Shown one piece after another: positions 33,006-41,941 of a stretch of 64,000 nt of DNA. How positions within the stretch are numbered: position 1 is the first letter of the stretch; every line of letters starts with the position of its first letter. Made by a program: the position numbers and the translations under genes. The notes beneath the pieces are model-generated. The model was given only the letters and a program-made list of their open reading frames with translations, made no database searches and was not told the origin of the DNA. The DNA comes from Bryobacterales bacterium (GTDB lineage: Bacteria; Acidobacteriota; Terriglobia; Bryobacterales; UBA6623), in the NCBI GenBank assembly GCA_963422375.2, contig CAXXKD010000001.1, positions 1-64,000 of the forward strand. Direction: 5' to 3'.

Positions 33006-36000
33006 ATGCAACCGAATCCAGCGCGCGCATGGGCTCTCAATGCGATTGTGCTGGGCCTAGCGTGCTTGGCGCTTCAGACGGGCGTCCAGGCCCAAGTCAC
33101 CACCGCGACCGTCTACGGTCGCGTGATCGATCCATCGGGGGCGGTCATCCCCGGTGCCAGCGTCGGAGCGTCCAACGAGGCCACCGGCGCCGAATACTCC
33201 ACCGTCTCCGGCAGCGGCGGGGAATTCACGATCGTGTTCCTGCCCGCCGGCACCTACTCGCTCGCCATCACGGCGGAGGGCTTCAAGTCCTATCTGGAAA
33301 CCGGCCTGACGCTCGCCTCGGGCCAGCGCCATAACCGGGACTACGGACTGGAGATCGGCGCGACCGCCGAAACCGTCACCGTCACTTCGGAGGCGCCCCT
33401 CATGAACACGGTGAACGCCGAGCAGGACATCGCGCTGAACCAGAACCAGGTAGCCGAGCTGCCGATGATCAATCGCGACATCACGGGCATCCTGACGCTC
33501 GGCACGGGCGCTTCTCTGACAGACGGAGGCTGGACGCTGTCCATCAACGGCCTCGCCCCCCGCGGCTTCACGATGACGGTCGACGCCGTCGATGCCGTGC
33601 CGGACGCCGAGTTCGCGGGCATGGCGCTGTACCAGAACTTCAACTTCATCAAGGGCATCAGCGTCGAGGCCGTCCAGGAGGTCGAGACCTCGAAGAACAT
33701 CTTCTCCGCCGAGGTTAGCCACACCATCGCGGGCAACGTCAACCTCATCAGCAAGAGCGGCACGAACGCCCTACACGGCAGCCTGTTCGAGATGTACCAG
33801 TCGGGCGGCCTGCACGCTAACAACTTCCTGGTCGGGACGAAGGCGCCGCTCGTGTACCACCAATACGGCGGCTCGATCGGCGGCCCGATCAAGAAGGACG
33901 AACTGTTCTACTTCGCGACCTTCGAGGGCTACCGCTTCGGCGGCAAGACGCCAGTGCCCGGCGACGTCTGGTCCAGCGGCATGCGCCAGAGGATCCTGCA
34001 GGCCCTTCCCGATGCGTCCACGTACATGAGTCTGTGGCCCGAGCCGACCGAGCCGGACGGGCCCGACCTCGACCCGAGCGACCCGGCCTGCGGGAGTCTG
34101 GAGCCGGGCGTCCGCTGCCTCTCGCCGACGACGTTCTGGGGCGGCCAGGGCGACGAGACGCGCAAGGACGACCATTTTGTCGGCAAGATCGACTGGAACG
34201 CGTCGAGCAGGGACTTCCTGACCTTCCGCTACGTCGGCGGCGTGCCCCTGCGCCGGATTCCGCGCACGATGATCGGCAACGGTCGGCAGTGGGACGGCAT
34301 CAACCAGAACGGCGCCTTCACGTGGACCAGGATCATCAGCCCCACGATGACCTCGGAGACGCGCTGGGGCACTAACGTGAACGCCATCAACCGCCTCGAC
34401 GTGGCCTTCGCCGCGAACAAGATCCCGTTCATCCGAGGCTTCGGCAACCCGTCCGAGCCAGGAGCCGAGGTCTTCGCCAAGGACGGGCACACCTCGACGC
34501 TGACCCAGAACTTCGCCAAGACGGTCGGCAAGCACTCCCTGAAATGGGGCGGCATGTACCGCTACATGAGCGGGACCCGCGTCAACGAGGAATCGCCCGT
34601 CTACACGTACGAGACGCAGGCGGACCTGCTCGCGAACCGCATCACCTCGGCCAGGTTCATCTTCTCGCTCGAGAAGTTTCTCTGGACGCGCTGGTTCCTG
34701 GGCGGCTTCTTCCAGGACGACATCCGGCTCACGCCCAAGTTCATGCTGAATCTGGGCGTGCGCTGGGACTACGCCTCCGTGGTGCGCTCCAACCAGGTGG
34801 ATGGGATCAGCGACAACGTCTTCAACCGCGACGGGCCGTTCGGGCAGCCGGGCGCTTCGCTCGATAACCTAGGCGCTCTTTTCCGCCCGGCGGACAGCGC
34901 CTGGGACGCCTACTACAGGATGTTTTCGCCGCGCCTCAGCTTCGCCTACACCCTGGACGACGAGGGCAAGACCGTCGTTCGCGGCGGAGCCGGGATCTTC
35001 TACATGCCGAACAACATGTTCTCCGGAGCGATCGAGATCCTGTCGAACGGCCCGGACGCTCCGGTCGAGCTGCGAGCCGACCTGAACACGGCCAAGGCGC
35101 TCGGGCTGAAATACGGCGACGCAAACGAGGTGGCGCTCGCCGGCGCCCAGGCGAGCGGGAACATTTCCGGCAGCTCGGTCGACCCGTACCGGGTGCCGCC
35201 GTACAGCCTGCAGTACTCGCTGGGCATCCAGCGGCAGCTCGACCGCTCGACCGTGTGGGAGATCGGGTACGTCGGCAACCGAGGCGTACGCACGATCTAC
35301 AGTCCCGACTGGAACCGCCTCGTTCCGAACACCGGAGCCCTCAAGCTCAGCCAAGTGCAAGGCCTCGCCGGCAACTTCGGTCAGAACTTCCGCTATTACC
35401 AGAACGCGGACTCTACCGGCTACCACAGCCTCCAGACGTCGCTGAAGAGACGCTTCGCAGACAGTTTCCAGTACAATCTCAACTACACGTACGGGTGGAA
35501 CTGGGCGCACTTCCGCGGCGACATGACGTGCTGCGGGCGCAGCGAGAATCCGCAGAACCAGTTCAACATGCCCAACAACAGGGGGCCCACTTCCTACCAC
35601 CTCCGCCATCGGTTTACGACCGACTTCTTCTGGGAACTCCCCGGAAAGAACATGCAGAGCGCCGCCAAGCACCTTGCCGGAGGGTGGACCGTGGGAGGTA
35701 TTTTCGAGGTGCGCTCGGGATTCACGATCCCGGTCAGCAGCAGCACGAGCACGAATCCGGGAGCCCGGCCGGACATTCTGACGACCCATGCGCAGGCCAT
35801 CGCGAGCAACTGGGGACCGAACCAGCGCCAGTACCTGAACCGCGATTCCTTTGCTCTGCCGCCAGTGGACGACAACGGCGTGAACATCCGGCCCGGGACG
35901 CTGTCGCGCAGAGCGCTGTACGGGCCCGGCTTCAAGAACATCGACTTCGTGCTGCAGAAGAACTTCTACGCCGCCGAGCAGCACCGCCTGCAGCTCCGCA

Positions 36001-36134
36001 TCGACTTCTATAACATGTTCAACACCGTCAACTTCACGCGGGTGAACCAGAACGCGCGCTCCGGTACGTTCGGGTTGCTCAACAGCGTGGCTCCGCCACG
36101 CCGCGTGCAGCTGATGCTCCGGTACTCGTTCTAG
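33006..36134 (+). CDS. TonB-dependent receptor with carboxypeptidase-regulatory N-terminal domain
   Basis: Signal peptide, GRVIDPSGAVIPGASV, SKSGTNALHGSLFE, NLGVRWDY and a C-terminal RRVQLMLRYSF. Confidence 0.95.
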   Translation: MQPNPARAWALNAIVLGLACLALQTGVQAQVTTATVYGRVIDPSGAVIPGASVGASNEATGAEYSTVSGSGGEFTIVFLPAGTYSLAITAEGFKSYLETGLTLASGQRHNRDYGLEIGATAETVTVTSEAPLMNTVNAEQDIALNQNQVAELPMINRDITGILTLGTGASLTDGGWTLSINGLAPRGFTMTVDAVDAVPDAEFAGMALYQNFNFIKGISVEAVQEVETSKNIFSAEVSHTIAGNVNLISKSGTNALHGSLFEMYQSGGLHANNFLVGTKAPLVYHQYGGSIGGPIKKDELFYFATFEGYRFGGKTPVPGDVWSSGMRQRILQALPDASTYMSLWPEPTEPDGPDLDPSDPACGSLEPGVRCLSPTTFWGGQGDETRKDDHFVGKIDWNASSRDFLTFRYVGGVPLRRIPRTMIGNGRQWDGINQNGAFTWTRIISPTMTSETRWGTNVNAINRLDVAFAANKIPFIRGFGNPSEPGAEVFAKDGHTSTLTQNFAKTVGKHSLKWGGMYRYMSGTRVNEESPVYTYETQADLLANRITSARFIFSLEKFLWTRWFLGGFFQDDIRLTPKFMLNLGVRWDYASVVRSNQVDGISDNVFNRDGPFGQPGASLDNLGALFRPADSAWDAYYRMFSPRLSFAYTLDDEGKTVVRGGAGIFYMPNNMFSGAIEILSNGPDAPVELRADLNTAKALGLKYGDANEVALAGAQASGNISGSSVDPYRVPPYSLQYSLGIQRQLDRSTVWEIGYVGNRGVRTIYSPDWNRLVPNTGALKLSQVQGLAGNFGQNFRYYQNADSTGYHSLQTSLKRRFADSFQYNLNYTYGWNWAHFRGDMTCCGRSENPQNQFNMPNNRGPTSYHLRHRFTTDFFWELPGKNMQSAAKHLAGGWTVGGIFEVRSGFTIPVSSSTSTNPGARPDILTTHAQAIASNWGPNQRQYLNRDSFALPPVDDNGVNIRPGTLSRRALYGPGFKNIDFVLQKNFYAAEQHRLQLRIDFYNMFNTVNFTRVNQNARSGTFGLLNSVAPPRRVQLMLRYSF

Positions 36135-36150
36135 CTGGCAGCGGTCGGCG

Positions 36151-36180
36151 AGCGGGGTCCGTCGCGAGGCGGGCCCCGCT
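36151..36180 (+). terminator. GC-rich hairpin downstream of the TBDR (no U-tract)
   Basis: AGCGGGGTCCGTC-GCGA-GGCGGGCCCCGCT. Confidence 0.45.
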
Positions 36181-36337
36181 ATGCCGCTCCCTAGTGCATG
36201 GAGCGGCGAACTCGTACTCCGAGCTGGAAGTCAGCGGCGAGGGTGTGCCGCTGGGCGTCCTGCGCATCGAGCGCGACGCGCCGGGCGGCTGGACCGATCG
36301 CAGCAAGCCGCCCGAATGGCGCTAGCTGCACCGCTGC

Positions 36338-36787
36338 GTGCGTGGCCTGCGGAATTGCCGGGACCTTGCCGCGCAGCTGGGCGGTGAAAGGCCGGTCTCT
36401 GTGATCGAACGGGAATGCAATGTGGCACTGCGCTGGCGGGCCGTGGATCTGGCCCAGCCGCTGGAATGGTTCCTGCGGACTAGCGCGAAGCTGCGGCCGG
36501 ACCACGAGCGAATCCTGCGCTGGTTCGGCTGGCGCTGGCGCATCGACGACTGGCACCGCGCGCTGAGAACGGGCTGCAAGGTGGAGCATCTGGGGCACCG
36601 CGTAGGTGGGCTTCGAACGGGCTGTGACGATCGGGCGGTGATCGCAATGCACCTGACGGCGATGACGCTGTTGTGCCGCGAGACGAAAGGACCATGTCTT
36701 AAGAGCCACTCCCGGCACCGATCGAATTGTCCCATCCGACGCGCCGTCCTCGTTAAGGATTCCCGCGAAACACAGCCCCCTTCGTGA
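36338..36787 (+). pseudogene. IS4-family (Tn5/IS50-like) transposase fragment
   Basis: PLEWFLRTS and RWRIDDWHRALRTGCKVE (degenerate YREK region). Confidence 0.7.
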
Positions 36788-37347
36788 TGCCGAACGCGCT
36801 AAACCGACGGATGGCTCAGCGGACCGAGATGGAGCGCGTCCGGGCGTTCCAATCCAGTGATTTGCGAAGTGAGCCGCTGAACCCGCGGAGCAACGCCGGA
36901 ATGTCGGGTCTTTCCCCGCTGATTGATTCTTTCCCACGCGCAAGCGAGCGAGATTGAACGGCACATGGTCAATCGGCGCGCGGAAGTGTTCCGAGACCGG
37001 TTCCCGCGCCGTCATCGACAGTTGCGGCCTGCCCGAACTTGCGTTCCTGCGTGTTCGATGGGCTCAATCCAGTCGTTCAGCGCTATCGACTGCAATCGAT
37101 GGTCCGCTACTATACCTTGCTACGCACGATTGGGAACTGGGCCGTTCCCGTTGGGCCCTCGCCCCGCCCGATGAAGGCGGCCGCCGCCCTCCGAGAGCCT
37201 CATTCTTCGAAGGGAGCGGCCCGTCGCTTGGCCGGCCGGTGCCGGAGCTTGACGGGCGCGGTGCCTAGCGGGTAGCTTGGTGTCGATTCGGAAGTGCGAG
37301 GAACGCAGGTGCGTCTCGGTGGCGCACTTGGCGCAGGGTGGAATGGA

Positions 37348-40300
37348 ATGAAATCTGGAATCTTTTTGGCTTGTCGGCTGGGTGTCGGTGTTCTGGCGCT
37401 CGCGAGCGCAGTGTGGGCGCAGGGAGTGTCCGGCAGCGCGTCGGTCGCGGGCACGGTCACGGACGAGTCCGGGGCGGTCATCCCCGGTGCCGACGTCCTC
37501 CTCATCAATGTCGAGCGCGGCTCGGAGCAGGCTCTCTCCACTAACGAGGCGGGCAACTACGCCTACCCCGATATCACGCCCGGGGCCTATACCGTGCGTG
37601 TCTCGAGCGACGGCTTCGCGACGCAGGAAGTGACGGACTTGGCGGTGCAGGTGGGCCAACGCGCCGTGGTCAACGTCGAGCTGGCGGTCGGGCAGGTCAC
37701 CAACGTGGTGACCGTCGAGGCGGCCGCCGTGCTGCTGGAGACCGAATCGAACGTCATCGGCACAGTAGTCGATTCCGAACGGGTCAACGAGCTGCCGCTA
37801 AACGGCCGCAACTTCCTGCAGCTCGCGCTGCTTGCGGGCGGCACCGCGCCCTCCGAGGGACGTGCGTCGTTCCAAGGGCAGATCGGCCACCAGGGCCGCT
37901 TTGTGGTTGTGGGCGGCGTCAAGGCGGCCAACAACAGCTACACCGTCAACGGGATCCAGATCCGGGGAGCGCGGGGCGGAGAGCTCGCTGTCAACCTCTC
38001 CCTGGCCAACGTCGACCAGTTCAAGGTCCAGTCGAGCTTTTTCATGCCCGACCAAGGGCCGAACCCTGCCATGGTCAACGTGACCACCAACGGTGGCGGG
38101 AACGAATTCCACGGCCAGGCCTTCGAGTTCGTCCGCAATACGGTCCTCGACGCGCGCAACTTCTTCGCTCCGGGCCCGGAGGAGCTCAAGCGCAACCAGT
38201 TCGGGTTCGCCGTCGGCGGGCCGATCGCGCGCAACAAGATGTGGTTCTACACGGGCTACGAAGGCATGCGCGAGAGGGTCGCGTTCTCGCGGGGCGTCTT
38301 CACTCCAACGCAGGCCATGTTCGGCGGCGACTTCACCGAGGACCCGTTCGTGATCCATGACCCCAACACCCTGAACGAGGCCGCAGGCACCCGGGATCGG
38401 TTTCCGAACCAGACCGTCCCCAAGAGCCGCTTCAACTCGGTTTCCGAGAACCTGCTGCAGTACTACCTGCCCGGCTCGAGCTTCAACGTGCGGCCCAGCA
38501 ACCTGTTCGTGCATCCCCGGAACACGGTCGACGACAACCAATTCAACGTCCGCGTCGACACGGACCTCACGCCGAATCAGAAGCTGTTCAGCCAGTACAT
38601 CCAGGCGGATGCCTCGGCAGTTCGCCCCGGGGCCTTCCCCCTGAGCGGGGCGTTCTACCCGAACGAGTTCGCGATGTGGATGCTCCAGCACACCTACACG
38701 CTCTCGCCCAAGTGGGTGAGTACCTTCCGCGTGGGCATCTCGCGCAACCAGGCGCTGTTCAGCAACGAGGCGCGCGAGGTCGGCGACATTCTCACCCCGC
38801 TTGGCATCACCGGCACGTTCGACACGCGCGGCGTCTTCTCGCAGGGGATCCAGGGATTCAGCGGGTTCGGGCGCTCCAACGGCGACCTCGGGAACATCGA
38901 CAACAACTACCAGCTAGATTTCGGCGTCAGCTACATTGCGGGCAACCACCAGTACCGCTTCGGGTCCAGCATCCGATACCGCAGGACCTGGCAGCAGAAC
39001 GCCAACGCGGGCGCCCACGGCAACCTGCGCTACAACCGGGTCTACTCGGCCCAGCTCACGCGGAACGCCGCCGGCAAGCTCGTGCCGAGCGGGGGGGACA
39101 GCGGCAACGCGTTCGTCGATTACCTGCTGGGGATGCCCGACAGGGGCAGCACGCGCGGCTTGCCGATGTTGCAGTACCGCCACACGCAGTACAACCCGTA
39201 CATCCAAGACACGTGGAAGGTCCGGCGGAACCTGACGGTGAACTGGGGCATGTCCTGGTTCAAGGACACGATTCCGAACCCCTACGGCCGGGCGGCCGAC
39301 TATCCGCATGGCTTCGACCCGGCCACTGGTCTCTTGGAATTCGCGGTCCTGGGGCAGGTCGATCCTCGCGTCATCCAGCCGGACAGCGACAATTTCGCGC
39401 CCCGGCTCGGTGTGGCGTGGCAGCTTGACGAAAAAACCGTCGTCCGCGCGGGCGCGGGCGCCTACTTCTCCGACATGCAGCTGATCGAGCTCCAGTTCTC
39501 CGCGGTAGGACCGCCGTTCACGAACAGCATCGACGTGATCAACACCGGCAAGCTGATGCCCGAGTTCGTCCCGGGAGTCAACATCTACCCGGTCGTGCCG
39601 CTGCCGCCGATCGACGAGAACTTCGCGCGCGACCTGCCCGGCGGCATCACGCCGTTCACGCTTCAGGAAGAGGGGCGCACCCCGTACGTCCAGCAGTGGA
39701 ACCTGTCGATCCAGCGGGAGCTGACCCCCGACGACCTGCTGGAGATCAGTTATCTGGGCAACAGCGGCCACCGTCAGCAGAACCGCTACGACAACAATCA
39801 GTGCCGAGTCGGATCGGACCTGTTCTGCGACCGGGCGACCCGGCCCTACCTGCGATACCGCTCGATCCTCCAGTCGGACTTCAACGCGAATTCGAGCTAC
39901 AACGCCCTTGTCGGCCGCTACCACCACAGCTTCTCGCACGGGGTCGACTTCCGCGCTGAGTACACCTTCGGCAAGGCGCTCTACGACGGATGGGAGCTAG
40001 GTGGTGCGACGAACAACCAGATCGCGAACCACCGCGCGCTCGACAAGGGTCCGACTTCGTTCAACATCAAGCACCGCGGCGTGATCAGCCTGCTCTGGCA
40101 ACTGCCTTTCGGGCGGGGACGGGCTATGGGGTCCGCCATGCCGAGGGGTCTCGATTACGCGGTAGGCGGGTGGCAGCTGACCACGATCGCGACCTTTTCC
40201 AGCGGTCTCCCGATCTTCATCACCGTTCCGAACCGTACCGGCAGCCCGTTCGTCGGGCATCGTCCCAACCGAATTTGCTCCGGCGAACTGCAAGGTGCCG

Positions 40301-40605
40301 ACCTGAGGAGCAGCCTGCAGTTCATCGACACCAAGTGCTTCGAGAACACCGAGCGCGGCTACTTCGGCAATTCGTCGCGCGCGCCCATCAGCGGGCCGGG
40401 ACGCAACGTCTTCGACATCGGGATCCAGAAGGAGTTCACCGTCTCGGAATCCACCTACGTGCAGCTCCGCGTGGAGATGTTCAACGCGTTCAACCACGCC
40501 CAGTTCCGCAATCCCAACGGGAGCGTCGCCAACCGGAACTTCGGGCTGGTCAGCTCGGCGCGCCCGCCTCGCTTGGTCCAGATGGGCCTGAAGCTCGTCT
40601 TCTAG
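37348..40605 (+). CDS. TonB-dependent receptor
   Basis: Signal peptide, LPLNGRNFLQLA, NEFHGQAFEFVRNTVLDARNFF and a C-terminal QMGLKLVF. Confidence 0.95.
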   Translation: MKSGIFLACRLGVGVLALASAVWAQGVSGSASVAGTVTDESGAVIPGADVLLINVERGSEQALSTNEAGNYAYPDITPGAYTVRVSSDGFATQEVTDLAVQVGQRAVVNVELAVGQVTNVVTVEAAAVLLETESNVIGTVVDSERVNELPLNGRNFLQLALLAGGTAPSEGRASFQGQIGHQGRFVVVGGVKAANNSYTVNGIQIRGARGGELAVNLSLANVDQFKVQSSFFMPDQGPNPAMVNVTTNGGGNEFHGQAFEFVRNTVLDARNFFAPGPEELKRNQFGFAVGGPIARNKMWFYTGYEGMRERVAFSRGVFTPTQAMFGGDFTEDPFVIHDPNTLNEAAGTRDRFPNQTVPKSRFNSVSENLLQYYLPGSSFNVRPSNLFVHPRNTVDDNQFNVRVDTDLTPNQKLFSQYIQADASAVRPGAFPLSGAFYPNEFAMWMLQHTYTLSPKWVSTFRVGISRNQALFSNEAREVGDILTPLGITGTFDTRGVFSQGIQGFSGFGRSNGDLGNIDNNYQLDFGVSYIAGNHQYRFGSSIRYRRTWQQNANAGAHGNLRYNRVYSAQLTRNAAGKLVPSGGDSGNAFVDYLLGMPDRGSTRGLPMLQYRHTQYNPYIQDTWKVRRNLTVNWGMSWFKDTIPNPYGRAADYPHGFDPATGLLEFAVLGQVDPRVIQPDSDNFAPRLGVAWQLDEKTVVRAGAGAYFSDMQLIELQFSAVGPPFTNSIDVINTGKLMPEFVPGVNIYPVVPLPPIDENFARDLPGGITPFTLQEEGRTPYVQQWNLSIQRELTPDDLLEISYLGNSGHRQQNRYDNNQCRVGSDLFCDRATRPYLRYRSILQSDFNANSSYNALVGRYHHSFSHGVDFRAEYTFGKALYDGWELGGATNNQIANHRALDKGPTSFNIKHRGVISLLWQLPFGRGRAMGSAMPRGLDYAVGGWQLTTIATFSSGLPIFITVPNRTGSPFVGHRPNRICSGELQGADLRSSLQFIDTKCFENTERGYFGNSSRAPISGPGRNVFDIGIQKEFTVSESTYVQLRVEMFNAFNHAQFRNPNGSVANRNFGLVSSARPPRLVQMGLKLVF

Positions 40606-40865
40606 GAGACGTGCGCCGGCCGGTTGCCGTCGGCGCAACCGGAGACACGGGTTATGAGCCGCCGCTGCCTCCCGGTCACGCGGCGGCTAGCACGTGGCGG
40701 ACGGCAAGGTCGGGCGGCCGGACGGTCCTCTTGTCTCGGGGCGGCTACTCCCAGAGTGGGTCGGCCCGGTTTCCGCGAGGGCGGCCCGATTCTCCGCGGT
40801 CCCGCGTCTCTCGGGCTGGCCTCGGGCCGGTCGAGAGGGTACGATTGTCGCGGAGGTCGATTCCC

Positions 40866-41891
40866 GTGATTCGTCGCACGTTCCTGGCGGCCGGCCTGGC
40901 TGCGCCGCTGGCCGCGTCTTCCACGCCCGGCCGAGCCGTCCGCATCGCGTTCCTCGGGGCCAGCCACTCGCACGGCGCCGGCAAGATCCGCGCGGCCTCG
41001 CGGTCGCGCGACTACGAGATCGCAGGCTTGTGGGACGACGACGCGAGCGTCCGCGCCAAGTACAAGGAGCAGGGAATCCGCATCGCGGATCCCGACCGGC
41101 TGCTCGGCGATTCCTCGATCGACGCCGTCGCGGTGGAAGGGCCGGTGGCGGACCACGCCCGTGACGGGTTGCGCACGGTCGAGGCCGGGAAGCACCTCCA
41201 CCTGGAGAAGCCGCCGGCGCTCGACGTGGAGTCGCTCCGGGACATTCTCGGCGTCGCGTCGCGCAAGGGGCTGGTGGTCCAGCAGGGGTACATGTGGCGC
41301 TACCACCCGGGCCTCAACCGCATGCTGGAAGCTGCGCGCCGGGGTTGGCTGGGCGAGATCCACTTGGTCCAGGCCGCGATGCACAAGACCTTGGGCGAGG
41401 ACGCGCGCCGGGACTGGGCGAGGTTTCGCGGAGGCCAGATGTTCGAGCTGGGCCCTCACGTCATCGACCCGCTCGTGCGCCTGCTGGGCCGGCCTAACCG
41501 CGTGACGCCGTACCTCAAGAAGCACGGGGACTTCGACGACACCCTGGCGGACAACACCGTGGCGGTGTTCGAGCATTCGGGCGCGCTGGGGCTTGTCACG
41601 GGAGCGGCGCTCGCGGCCAATGGCAGCAGCTACCGCAGCTTCGAGATCCACGGCACGAACGGCGTGGCCACTCTGCGGCCGATCGAGCCGCCGAGGCTGG
41701 TCCTTGATCTGGTCGAGGCGGCCGGGCCCTATCCCGAGGGTGCCCGGGAAGTCGGCCTGCCGCCCTACGAGCGGTATATTGGGGACCTTGCCGCCTTGGC
41801 TGCGGCAGTGCGCGGCGAGAAGCCGCTCCACGTTTCCTACGACGAGGACATTGTGGTGCAGGAGGCGCTGATCGCCGCGTCGGGGATGTGA
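40866..41891 (+). CDS. Gfo/Idh/MocA oxidoreductase with Tat-like signal
   Basis: RRTFL signal; AGKHLHLEKP; GGQMFELGPHVID. Confidence 0.9.
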   Translation: MIRRTFLAAGLAAPLAASSTPGRAVRIAFLGASHSHGAGKIRAASRSRDYEIAGLWDDDASVRAKYKEQGIRIADPDRLLGDSSIDAVAVEGPVADHARDGLRTVEAGKHLHLEKPPALDVESLRDILGVASRKGLVVQQGYMWRYHPGLNRMLEAARRGWLGEIHLVQAAMHKTLGEDARRDWARFRGGQMFELGPHVIDPLVRLLGRPNRVTPYLKKHGDFDDTLADNTVAVFEHSGALGLVTGAALAANGSSYRSFEIHGTNGVATLRPIEPPRLVLDLVEAAGPYPEGAREVGLPPYERYIGDLAALAAAVRGEKPLHVSYDEDIVVQEALIAASGM

Positions 41892-41941
41892 TGCGCTTCC
41901 GGGTGCCGAGTCATCGCGAAATGTTGATAGCGGGGAGACGA

